Source: an uncultured Verrucomicrobia subdivision 3 bacterium (GTDB lineage Bacteria > Verrucomicrobiota > Verrucomicrobiia > Limisphaerales > UBA11358). From it: a DNA stretch of 64,000 nt. Of the stretch, positions 1 through 8,802 are shown one piece after another. The notes beneath the pieces were generated by a model. It was given only the letters and a program-made list of their open reading frames with translations, was not told the DNA's origin and searched no databases. Numbering within the stretch: the stretch's first letter is position 1; each line of letters starts with the position of its first letter. The stretch is from positions 11,739 through 75,738 of the forward strand of contig CAITTG010000078.1 of NCBI GenBank assembly GCA_903895255.1, written 5' to 3'. The position numbers and the translations under genes are program-made.

Positions 1-2605
1 GTTCGGCCATCAGGGCACGGGCGGCGGCCGCGGTTTGGGAATCGGGATTTTTAATGCACTGCGCCTCGTCCAGAATCACCACCCGCCACGCCACGCGGCT
101 GATGGCGGGGGAAAGCGAACGCAATTGCGCATAGTTCAGCACCAGCAGCCCGGCGGTTTCGCGCGCGGCGGTGAGGGCCGCCGCGGATTCGCCCCGCCAG
201 ACTTGGACGCGCAGGTCCGGATAAAACCGTTCCGCCTCGCTCCGCCAGTTGTCAGTTACTGATTTGGGACAGACCACGAGGCTGGGCAACGCTTTGCCGG
301 TGGCCCCCTTGGCCAGCTCGGTCTGCTCCAACCACGCCAGCCAGGCGAGGGTTTGGATGGTTTTACCCAGGCCCATGTCGTCCGCCAGCACCCCGCCGAA
401 GCGGTTGGTGGTCAGGTAGGCGAGGAAATGAAAGCCCTCGGTCTGGTAGGGGCGCAACTCGGCGCGGATGGCGGCCGGCAATTCCGGGGTGACGCGGGTT
501 TTTAATTCGTCCACCCGGCGCTCGATGGCCGCCGCGTGGGCGGCCGGCAGAAATTTTTTGGCGGCGGGATCCGCCAGTTGGAGGGCGTGAAAACGCTGCG
601 GTTCCGCCGTGAAATCATGCGCGTGCAGGCCGAGCCGCGCGAGTTGCTCGTCCTCCTCGGCGGTGAGTTTGAAGTCCAGCCGCCGCCAGCCCTTTTTGCC
701 CAGGCGCACATACCCTCCGCGCGCGTTGAGCAGCAATTTTAGTTCCTCGGGGGTCAGCGTGGTCTCGCCCACATTCAGCACCACCTTGAGGTCAAACCAA
801 TCCATGCCCGATTCCGTGACATCCAGCGAGACGGTGCCGCTGACCGCGCCGTCCCGCAGGGTGGCCAGTTCTTCATCGAGCTCCACGTCGATATCCGCCG
901 GCAGCGCGGCGAGCCAGGGGGCGAAGACTTCCGGGGTTTTGCGGGTGACCCGCAATTTCCATTCCCGGGCAAAGCCATCCCATTTGGCGCCGAGCGATTC
1001 CAGCAGGCGGGGGAAATGCCGCTGCACCGAGCGATCAGGGGTGTCAATCATCCCGGCGGCGGCATCGCGGGGCCGTTTCGGGGCCCGGTCCACGGCGGTT
1101 TCCCAGCCCACGATGGTGTATTGCTCGGCTGGCAGACCCGTCCCTTTGGCGGTCACACGGAGGATGATCTCCTCGCTCGTCGCGCCCGGATATGTGGACT
1201 TCAAGGCGCACGCCACGGTGACGCCCACCGGCACGAAGCGCACGCGGCGCGCGAGTGATTCGGGCAGCGGAATTCCCGTGGCCTGAAGGAAATTCAAACC
1301 GCCCGGCGTTTCCAGGGCCGCGGCTGGAATGCGCTTGCGCCAGGCGCCCTCGAGCGCATCCGCCGGCGGGCCGGTGAACAATTCGCGCTCGGAGAGGTAC
1401 AGGGTGGGCTGGCCGGCCAGGGTGCAGAGAATACGGGGCAGGGGAGTGCCGTCGCCAGTGAGCAGGGCCAGTTCGTAATCACCATCCACCACCGTGGCTG
1501 GCTCGAGTTGCAAGCGCAGCGGTTCGCGTCCGCGCGGCAGCGGCTGGCCATCCGGCAGCACCAGCCGGTCCGCCGCCAGCGGCAGCCGCAGCACGCGGTT
1601 GAGAATGGGCCGGTCGGTTGGCTGGTCATATTTAAAGGACCACCAGCTCTCGTGACCCCAAGGCTTGAACACCGCGCTCCACAAGGGCAGCGACTCCGGC
1701 GTCAAGCGCAAGCCGCCCTGTTCGTACTGGGTGGCGAACTGCCGGGCTTGACCGGGCTTTAACTCGACGAATTTCGCCTCGGGTCCGGCGCGCCATTCGA
1801 GCCGGGCCTCCTCCCGCAAGACCTGCAACCGCAGGTCCAGCGGCGTGGTTTCCGGCCGGGCGGCCGGGCCGTTGAAGGCGCCAAACCACTGGTGCCAGTG
1901 TGCGATTTCGCGCGCGCGCTCCCGGGCGGTCATCTCCGGTTCGATCAGGCTCAAATCGGTGATGCCCTCCATGAAGCGGGGCGGCGTCAATTGGCGGCGG
2001 CGCAGTTCCCACGCGAGATGCAGCCAGAACCGATAATCATCCGCGGGAAAGTCGGTCCACAGATCCAAGGGCGCCCAGTTGTAACTCCACGCGACGCCCG
2101 GGAAAAGCATGGCCAGGTCATGCTCATTAAGCCCGCGCACGCGGGCCTGGGCATAAAGCCCCTGCACTGCCCGGACAAAGGCGGTTTCCGCCGTCAACAA
2201 CTCGCGCCCGAGCTGGGTGGTCAGCCGCTGGCTCAGGGGCGACGCGGGCGGCTGGGACACCGTTTTGGTGCTCCGCTTGGGGAACACCGTGCCGGACCCG
2301 GGCGTGTCCGCCATCATGGCCTGATGCCGCAATTCGAGGAAGGCGGCCACGCAGTGCTTGCAGAAAATGCCCACCGGGCAAGTGCATTCGGCCGCCCATT
2401 CACCCGCCGCAAACTTAAGTTGGACAGTGTAGTCGGCACCGCCCTGAACCGCCGCCAAATACAGGCGGTCAGGTGTTTCACACCGGAGGGTGAGCACCTG
2501 GCCATTGATAAAATACTCGCGCCCCCGCCCCTTGGTGGGCGCATCCACGAGGTTGAGAAATCGCTGGATGGCTTTAACCGAATCTTTCCGCAATTTCATG
2601 TCCAT
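1..2605 (-). CDS. SWIM zinc-finger / SNF2-family helicase, N-terminal ~868 codons (C-terminus runs off the left edge of the window)
   Basis: Absent from the ORF track because it has no stop inside the window. My reverse-strand translation from ATG 2605 reads MDMKLRKDSVKAIQRF... It contains the SWIM-like motif CTCPVGIFCKHCVAAF, then SNF2 motif I LADDMGLGKTIQT and motif II VILDEAQCIKN at the window edge. In-frame stop upstream at 2651-2653. Confidence 0.85.
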   Translation of the reverse strand, partial: MDMKLRKDSVKAIQRFLNLVDAPTKGRGREYFINGQVLTLRCETPDRLYLAAVQGGADYTVQLKFAAGEWAAECTCPVGIFCKHCVAAFLELRHQAMMADTPGSGTVFPKRSTKTVSQPPASPLSQRLTTQLGRELLTAETAFVRAVQGLYAQARVRGLNEHDLAMLFPGVAWSYNWAPLDLWTDFPADDYRFWLHLAWELRRRQLTPPRFMEGITDLSLIEPEMTARERAREIAHWHQWFGAFNGPAARPETTPLDLRLQVLREEARLEWRAGPEAKFVELKPGQARQFATQYEQGGLRLTPESLPLWSAVFKPWGHESWWSFKYDQPTDRPILNRVLRLPLAADRLVLPDGQPLPRGREPLRLQLEPATVVDGDYELALLTGDGTPLPRILCTLAGQPTLYLSERELFTGPPADALEGAWRKRIPAAALETPGGLNFLQATGIPLPESLARRVRFVPVGVTVACALKSTYPGATSEEIILRVTAKGTGLPAEQYTIVGWETAVDRAPKRPRDAAAGMIDTPDRSVQRHFPRLLESLGAKWDGFAREWKLRVTRKTPEVFAPWLAALPADIDVELDEELATLRDGAVSGTVSLDVTESGMDWFDLKVVLNVGETTLTPEELKLLLNARGGYVRLGKKGWRRLDFKLTAEEDEQLARLGLHAHDFTAEPQRFHALQLADPAAKKFLPAAHAAAIERRVDELKTRVTPELPAAIRAELRPYQTEGFHFLAYLTTNRFGGVLADDMGLGKTIQTLAWLAWLEQTELAKGATGKALPSLVVCPKSVTDNWRSEAERFYPDLRVQVWRGESAAALTAARETAGLLVLNYAQLRSLSPAISRVAWRVVILDEAQCIKNPDSQTAAAARALMAE

Positions 2606-2709
2606 GGGAAGATGCGGCAAAGTGGGCCGGGTTACAAGTGATGAACGCCGTTAATGCCGCTGCATTCAGCCAGTTTTCCCGGCTGGGGAGCCCGCGCGGA
2701 CCAGGCGGG

Positions 2710-5142
2710 TCAGGGCAGGAGCGTGATACTTTGGGGCTTTTGATCCCGCAGGATGCCGAGCTGCGCACTCTGGCCGGGAGCCAAACTTGACGCATGACGC
2801 AGCAACGCTCCCACATCCGTCACGGGGTCGCCAGCCAGCGCGACAATGACATCGCTTTTCTGGAGACCGGCGGCGGCCAGACGGGTGTGGGCGGGCACGG
2901 CCAGGACGAGCACGCCGGTCACCCCGGGCAGGCCGAAGGCGGACATTTCGCCCTCGTCAGCGATGTTGCGCACGCGGGCCCCGAGCCAGTCGTGCGGGGT
3001 GATGTCGCGGTTCGCGGTGGCCAGCGGATGGGGGTCCTGACCCGGCAGCCGGGGAGTGCGGGTCATGGCCCGCAACCGGGGATTCTGCACACCGAACTGG
3101 TCCATGGGGAAGTTTACAAAACCCAGGGCCAGAGCGGGTGAGCCGGGCTGCACGCGATAATCGCCGCGGGCCGGGTCCACCAACCGGGCGTCGCCGACCA
3201 GGGAATGTTCATCCCGGCCGCTCTGGCGTTGGAGCCCCCGCGCGGGCGCGGTGCTGGCCCCGGCTTGGTGCAACAGGTTGTAATCCATGGCCTGTCCCCA
3301 GGGCGGAGGATACATGCGGGCCGGCCGGTAGCCGGTCCAAATAATGTTGTGACGGAAAATATCGCCACTGTTGGCCAGCCACACATGCGGGTTCAGACTG
3401 CCATCCACCAGTATGTTGTTCTCGACGATGCGGCCGAAGCCTTCACGGTTTTTGATGCCGCCATGCAAACAAAGATTGCTGGTGATCAGGTAATAGGAGG
3501 AGCCGTCATCCAGATCAATGTCCCAGCCGTGGTCACAGCGCCAGCGATTGTTGCGCAGAATGATTGGCTTCACCGCATCCAGTCGCGGCAGTTCCGGCAC
3601 CTGCCGCACCCTGTCATTGATCGTGGTGATCTCGGGCACCCAGTAACGGTCGCGGCCCCAGGAATTGAAAGAGCCATGGTCACCGGTCTCCTTGACGGTG
3701 TCAAAAATGTCGCAAAACTCAATCACATGACCGCCCCAGCAGCCGTCCCCAATGTTGATGCCCGAGCGGGGCAGGTCATAAATTGAACAATGGCTGACAG
3801 TGATGTTTTGGGCCAGGTCGATCTCCACCCCGGCGGTCTGTTTTTCCACCCGCCCGGTCAGATAAATGAGGCAATCGTCCACCCGGCAGTCGGCCGGAAA
3901 ATTATTGCCCTGCGGGCCGGGGGTGCGATCCAGGGCGGCCAGGGTGTTGGATTGGTCATAATTAGAGAGGGCGCTGCGGGCGGCCTTGGGGTCGCCGACA
4001 AAGCACACGCCACTGGCCCCGGCTTTGGCGATCTGGCAGCCGCGGATGGTGATCCGGCGGTTGTAGTCATTCACAAAAACCGCGTTGCCGCCGACCTGGT
4101 CCAGGAAACAGTCCGCGAGCGAGCAATCCTCCGCTCCGTCAAAAAAAATCGCGCCCCCGCGATAGATCGCCCAATCCGAGCGCACCAAGGGTTCCTTCGT
4201 ATCCATCACCGTGCGCGCCGCCTGGCGGAAGGTCAATCCGCGCAGGGTGACAAAGCACACCGGGTTTTTCTCGGTGCCGCGAAATTCGACCAAGCTGCGC
4301 AACCGCGTGGCCTCCACCGTGGCCTGGGGGAGATCCAGCCCGGCGGGGGGATAAAAATACAAGGTGTGGGCCTTGGTATTGAGGAACCATTCACCGGGAG
4401 CGTCGAGTTCCTCAAAAATATTTTCCACGAACCGGATGGACCGGTGCGCGGCCGCCCCGCGGTTGTTCTGCCAGCCGCCCGCCAGGGTTACTCCGCCCTG
4501 GCCGTCTTTGCCGGTGATGCGCCAGGTGAAATCCCCCCACAGCGCGGGATGCATGGCGTGAAAATAACCCCCGGTGGGATCGGCCCAGCGCGCGACGCGA
4601 TTCGGGGAGATGGCGTCGGCGGCAAAGCCATCAAAATATTTCGCCTGCGGGTCAAAATTGGGATAGCGCGCCAGGATTTGCCGCGCGCCATTGACAAATA
4701 TTTCCTCCGTCTGCAAATCGGCCGGCACCGGCGTCTGAAAAATTCCATCCCGGTAGGGCTGCCAGTTCAGATGCTCCAGCCGGATACCACCGCTGATCAC
4801 GGGCTTTTCATTTTTCCAGGCTTGAAACACCACCGGCGCGTCCTGGGTGCCCGAATCTTGCGCGGTGAAAACCAGGGGCTCCGGCAGGTAATAGGTGCCA
4901 CCCCGCAGAAACACTCCGCCGGGTTTCTGCCGCACCGCTTGCAGGGCGCGTCCGACGCTGCCAAAAGGTTTTTCCAGCGTGCCGGGATTGGCATCGTTGC
5001 CGCTGGGATCGACAAAATAGGGCTGCGCAAACACCGGCCGGGCCTGGGCCCCCAACCAAACCGTGGTGATGGTGGACAAAAAGTTCAACCAGCCAGCCAG
5101 GGGAAAAAATCGGCGAATGCTGAGGTTGGGGCGGGGTGGCAT
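2710..5142 (-). CDS. secreted right-handed beta-helix repeat protein with C-terminal PDZ domain
   Basis: 825-aa ORF (track start 5187 is TTG; first ATG at 5142 gives MPPRPNLSIRRFFPLAGWLNFLSTITTVWLGAQARPVFAQP, signal-peptide-like). Repeated IxNN/GG beta-helix-type segments. C-terminal GVLVLAVPAHTRLAAAGLQKSDVIVALAGDPV...LGILRDQK is PDZ-like. Confidence 0.65.
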   Translation of the reverse strand: MPPRPNLSIRRFFPLAGWLNFLSTITTVWLGAQARPVFAQPYFVDPSGNDANPGTLEKPFGSVGRALQAVRQKPGGVFLRGGTYYLPEPLVFTAQDSGTQDAPVVFQAWKNEKPVISGGIRLEHLNWQPYRDGIFQTPVPADLQTEEIFVNGARQILARYPNFDPQAKYFDGFAADAISPNRVARWADPTGGYFHAMHPALWGDFTWRITGKDGQGGVTLAGGWQNNRGAAAHRSIRFVENIFEELDAPGEWFLNTKAHTLYFYPPAGLDLPQATVEATRLRSLVEFRGTEKNPVCFVTLRGLTFRQAARTVMDTKEPLVRSDWAIYRGGAIFFDGAEDCSLADCFLDQVGGNAVFVNDYNRRITIRGCQIAKAGASGVCFVGDPKAARSALSNYDQSNTLAALDRTPGPQGNNFPADCRVDDCLIYLTGRVEKQTAGVEIDLAQNITVSHCSIYDLPRSGINIGDGCWGGHVIEFCDIFDTVKETGDHGSFNSWGRDRYWVPEITTINDRVRQVPELPRLDAVKPIILRNNRWRCDHGWDIDLDDGSSYYLITSNLCLHGGIKNREGFGRIVENNILVDGSLNPHVWLANSGDIFRHNIIWTGYRPARMYPPPWGQAMDYNLLHQAGASTAPARGLQRQSGRDEHSLVGDARLVDPARGDYRVQPGSPALALGFVNFPMDQFGVQNPRLRAMTRTPRLPGQDPHPLATANRDITPHDWLGARVRNIADEGEMSAFGLPGVTGVLVLAVPAHTRLAAAGLQKSDVIVALAGDPVTDVGALLRHASSLAPGQSAQLGILRDQKPQSITLLP

Positions 5143-5616
5143 GTCGGGGTCAAAATTTAATAAAATCAATGCCGCCTGCAATGACAAAGTTCCGGTTTGT
5201 GGGCTGGGGCGGATTGGTCACCATGGCGGGCATGGTACCAAATCTCAAGCCCTTGATTCCAGACACGCAATTACGGGACGCCATTCTTATCCTAGTGGGC
5301 GTCGGAAATGATTGCCTGACCGGCTCCTACGCCGCCGACATTTGGGATTTTAATGAGGGCATCGAACTCTGGAACTCGCCCGGTGTTGACCTTGGTCCAT
5401 GGCGACCCGCACCATGGCCATACTTTGATCGTGGAATGCTGGGCTGGCTGGTCATACCACATTCAAGGGACAACCTGCCTCACGGTGGCCTGGCAATCCC
5501 TGGTTGCTTCCAATGCCCCCCCCACCGCCGTTTCAGTGGCAGGATACCAATGCATTGCGTTCGCAATTCTTTTACCGTATCCTGCTCGGACCCTAAACCC
5601 GTCGCTTTTAAATGAC

Positions 5617-6936
5617 GTGACCATTCCCACTATTTTATTGGCCGGGCTGCTTGTGGTGATTTCCCCATGGGCGGCGGCAGCCGCCCCGGAGCCGCCCCGC
5701 CTCGCGCCCCCTGGCACCCCGCAAGAGTTGCCCTCCCTGGTCTTTGCCCGCCAGGTGGCAGCGGTGGATCGTGAGCGCATTTTCCACCTCGCCAGTCAGG
5801 CGTTTGCCTTGCACCCACCGGCCATTACCGATGAGGTGGCCACGAACAGTCCCGGCGGGGTGCACGATTATTTTTCCCAGGCGGATTATGCCTGGCCCAA
5901 TTCCACCAACCAAACCGGCCTGCCCTATGTCACTCGTGACGGCGAATCCAATCCCCACACCTTCACCGCCCATCGCCTGGCCATGCGTCACCTGAAGGAT
6001 GCCGTCGCCGCGCTCGCGGCTGCCTGGCTCCTGAATGGTGACGATAAATATGCGGCCAGGGCCGCTCATTTGCTGCAAGTTTTTTTCCTGGATGAAGCCA
6101 CCCGGATGAATCCCAACCTGGCATGCGCCCAGGTATCCTTGGGTCACCCCCAAGGCACGCCTTATGGCATCATTGACACCTTGCATTTGTGCGAAGTTGC
6201 CCGGGCCATTCCGTTTTTGGAAAAATCCCCGGCCTTTCCGCCTGCGGTGGACCAAGGTGTAAAACAGTGGTTCGATGACTACACCCAATGGATTCTGGCC
6301 TCCACCAATGGGGTAAAAGAAATGAATGGTTTGAACAACCACAGCATCGCCTGTTATTTGCAATTGGCCTGCTTCGCCCGCCTCACCGGCAACGAACGCG
6401 TTTTGACCCTGGCCCGGCAACAATTCAAGCAAGTGCTCTTCCCCAATCAAATGACCAATGACGGCAGCTTCCCCCGCGAACTTGCCCGCACCAAACCCTA
6501 CGGCTACTCCATTTTCCAGGCGGACAACCTCGCCACCCTCTGCACCGTGCTCTCCACGCCTTCGGAAGATTTCTGGAAATTTAAGCTGCCGGATGGACGC
6601 ACCCCGCGGCAGGCCATTGATTTTATTTACCCCTATCTGGCGGACAAAACCCGCTGGCTGGCGGATGGCCGCCGGCAGGACATCCAGCATTGGGAAAGCT
6701 GGCCGGTCCGGCAGCCCTGCCTGATTTTGGCCTATGCGGAGTTTGGGGATGCGAAATATTTTAAACTCTGGCAGCAATTGGAGCCCGATCCCACGGATTT
6801 GGAAATCCGCCGCAATCTGGCCATCACCCAGCCAATCTTGTGGGTGGCCTGGCCCGGGCAAATCCCATTGGTGAATCGAGGCCGGCTGGCTGGGGAAAAT
6901 TGTTTGACGGGATGGCCAACCCAGGGAGAGTTTTAA
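5617..6936 (+). CDS. alginate lyase-family (polysaccharide lyase) protein, secreted
   Basis: ORF 5353-6936. The N-terminal 88 codons look non-coding; in-frame GTG at 5617 gives MTIPTILLAGLLVVISPWAAAAA signal. NNHS motif (LNNHSIACYLQ) and DGSFPRELARTKPYGYS resemble the AlgL-type NNHSYW / catalytic Tyr region. Confidence 0.6.
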   Translation: MTIPTILLAGLLVVISPWAAAAAPEPPRLAPPGTPQELPSLVFARQVAAVDRERIFHLASQAFALHPPAITDEVATNSPGGVHDYFSQADYAWPNSTNQTGLPYVTRDGESNPHTFTAHRLAMRHLKDAVAALAAAWLLNGDDKYAARAAHLLQVFFLDEATRMNPNLACAQVSLGHPQGTPYGIIDTLHLCEVARAIPFLEKSPAFPPAVDQGVKQWFDDYTQWILASTNGVKEMNGLNNHSIACYLQLACFARLTGNERVLTLARQQFKQVLFPNQMTNDGSFPRELARTKPYGYSIFQADNLATLCTVLSTPSEDFWKFKLPDGRTPRQAIDFIYPYLADKTRWLADGRRQDIQHWESWPVRQPCLILAYAEFGDAKYFKLWQQLEPDPTDLEIRRNLAITQPILWVAWPGQIPLVNRGRLAGENCLTGWPTQGEF

Positions 6937-6937
6937 A

Positions 6938-6971
6938 TGGCGGAGAGAGGGGGATTCGAACCCCCGATACC
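6938..6971 (-). repeat. att-type direct repeat: orphan copy of the tRNA-Ser 3' end (CCA, acceptor 3' strand, T-arm, part of variable arm)
   Basis: Identical 34-mer to 43823-43856. Beyond 6971 the sequence no longer matches the tRNA. It starts 2 nt after the lyase stop codon. Confidence 0.85.
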
Positions 6972-7100
6972 AAAACGCCGATAACGCCCATGTCATATAT
7001 GCGAAAAATAAGGATTTTTAGCGTCTGCGTTATTGAAAATGCTTGACGTTATTCTGAATTTAATTCTGAATGTTTTCAGCGCTTGGAACCAATTTGAATC

Positions 7101-8312
7101 ATGTCGAGCATCTGGAAAGACCCGCGCAGCCCCTATTGGGTTGCCTGCTTCACGGCCTACGTCGGCTTGAGCGCCCAGCAATTGAAGCGCTCCACCGGCA
7201 CCACGGATAAAAAGCTGGCCAGCCGGATCGCAGACGAACTTGAGGAAGCCGCTTGCGGCAAGCGCACCTCGGAGCGGGTCAAGGTCTTCATCAATGAGAT
7301 TACCGACCTCAAAGCCCGGCGCGCCGCGCACCATGCATTTGATTTCGCATTTCGCCATACAACCGGCAGCGGATTGGCCAGCAAGACCACCCGGGGGTTT
7401 CTCACGGCCTGGATGGAGAGGTCCAAAGCCGAGGTTTCACCCTCCACTTGGGCCAAGTATGCTCAAACCGTAAAATTGTTCCTGGAATTCCTGGAGGGCA
7501 AAGCCGATCAGGACATCACCACGATCCGGCAGGAGGACATTTCCCGATTCCGCGATGCCCAAGCCCAGCGCGTCGCCCGTAGCACGGCTAATGTATTCCT
7601 AAAAATCCTGCGGGTCATATTCACTACCGCCGAGGCCGATGGCGTGATCGTGCGGAATGAGGCGCGGCACGTCAAATTGCTTAAGGTGGCCAACGAGCAA
7701 AATGGCCGCCGGGCATTCACCCTGCCGGAATTAAAGGGCATTCTGGAGCACTGCAATGACGAGTGGCGCTCGCTCGTGCTGTTTGGTTTCTACACTGGCC
7801 AACGGCTGGGAGATTTAGCAATGCTGACCTGGCAGAACCTCGACCTGAACCAGAGGGAATTACGCCTTAGCAGCCGCAAAACCGGCCGGACCATTGTGAT
7901 TCCCCTGGCAGCCCCGCTGCTGGAACACATTGAAAAACTCCCGGCAGGGGATAATCCCAAACAGCCAGTTCATGCCAATGCCTTTAAGGTGATGAGCCGG
8001 AATGGCCGGGCGGGAGCACTTTCTAATCAATTCGGCGACATTCTGGCGGCGGCGGGCTTGGTGGTGGCGCGAACCCACAAGGTCGAGGAGGAAGAAAAAC
8101 GCAAAGGCCGGGACGCGCGGCGGGTTTTGAGCGATATAAGCTTCCATTCCCTGAGGCACACCAATGTCAGCTTGCTGAAGAATGCCGGAGTTAGCGACGC
8201 CGTGGCGCAGGACCTGGTAGGACACGAATCCGCCGAAGTAAGCCGTTTGTACACTCATATAGACGATAAATCCAAGCGGGAGGCGGTGAATAAACTTCCA
8301 ACAATCGGTTAA
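7101..8312 (+). CDS. int: tyrosine recombinase / phage-type integrase
   Basis: 403 aa. The C-terminal catalytic region has GQRLGDL (R), HSLRHTNVSLL (H-x-x-R) and VGHESAEVSRLYTH (H...Y). The gene is adjacent to the att repeat. Confidence 0.9.
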   Translation: MSSIWKDPRSPYWVACFTAYVGLSAQQLKRSTGTTDKKLASRIADELEEAACGKRTSERVKVFINEITDLKARRAAHHAFDFAFRHTTGSGLASKTTRGFLTAWMERSKAEVSPSTWAKYAQTVKLFLEFLEGKADQDITTIRQEDISRFRDAQAQRVARSTANVFLKILRVIFTTAEADGVIVRNEARHVKLLKVANEQNGRRAFTLPELKGILEHCNDEWRSLVLFGFYTGQRLGDLAMLTWQNLDLNQRELRLSSRKTGRTIVIPLAAPLLEHIEKLPAGDNPKQPVHANAFKVMSRNGRAGALSNQFGDILAAAGLVVARTHKVEEEEKRKGRDARRVLSDISFHSLRHTNVSLLKNAGVSDAVAQDLVGHESAEVSRLYTHIDDKSKREAVNKLPTIG

Positions 8313-8440
8313 ACGATCGAAATCACCCTCGTTTCTCAATCATTTGAGGCTCGCGGTGTCGGCTAGTGGACTTTAAAGAAAAAAGATATTCTCTCCTTTT
8401 TTGTTTCTGTATGCGCCCGGTGCCTGACAGGTTTTTCCCC

Positions 8441-8464
8441 GGACGGACGTCGTTTCGTCCGTCC
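8441..8464. repeat. 9-bp stem hairpin ggacggacg-tcgttt-cgtccgtcc (GGACGGAC-family motif, copy A)
   Basis: Perfect inverted repeat read directly. Followed by gggtggacga at 8495-8504, which matches the first 10 nt of the 16-mer found at 28693 and 43172. Confidence 0.6.
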
Positions 8465-8510
8465 ATCCGCCCATGCTCCCAAGTGAATCGGGACGGGTGG
8501 ACGAGGCCTT

Positions 8511-8529
8511 GGGGGGGGGGCGGGGGGGG
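8511..8529. repeat. homopolymeric tract G10-C-G8
   Basis: gggggggggg c gggggggg, read directly in the integrase-helicase intergenic region. Confidence 0.9.
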
Positions 8530-8802
8530 CTGCCGGGCCAGCCCGCCGAGCGACCTAAATCGGTTGGGTCGTAAAAAATTTATTGTCAAAAGGCCGAAAA
8601 ATGAACGTCGAGATTCAAAAAATGGCGTTCTTCATTAAAGGCTGCACTCCTCCCCGCTTCTGTCCGGGCTCCGTCGCGGACGCGGATTTTTGCTTAACAT
8701 GCCTTATTTCCAGTAATAAATTTCGGGCGTAATTTCCCATGGACTTTGCCGAGCTTTCCGGCAGCATGCGTTAATCTCAGACCATTCAATGGGATACGTA
8801 CA

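Noticed and set aside
609-2641. Several 80-250-aa ORFs listed in the first 2.6 kb (for example 609-1286 +, 1892-2641 +, 1632-2012 -)
   Set aside because: All are alternative frames of the SWIM/SNF2 helicase gene, whose frame gives continuous helicase motifs.
3790-5160. 456-aa plus-strand ORF (also 3205-3786) opposite the beta-helix/PDZ gene
   Set aside because: The translation is Gly/Arg/Ala/Pro-rich and low in complexity, with no motifs. It lies entirely antisense to a gene with clear domain structure. This is a typical shadow ORF of GC-rich DNA.
5353-5616. 88-codon N-terminal extension of the lyase-family ORF
   Set aside because: The sequence (MRASNSGTRPVLTLVHGDPHHGHTLIV...) has no signal or domain character. 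An in-frame GTG at 5617 immediately precedes a textbook signal peptide.
5635-6996. 453-aa minus-strand ORF opposite the alginate-lyase-family gene
   Set aside because: Antisense shadow with a Gly/Arg/Pro-rich, motif-free translation. It would also run through the att repeat.
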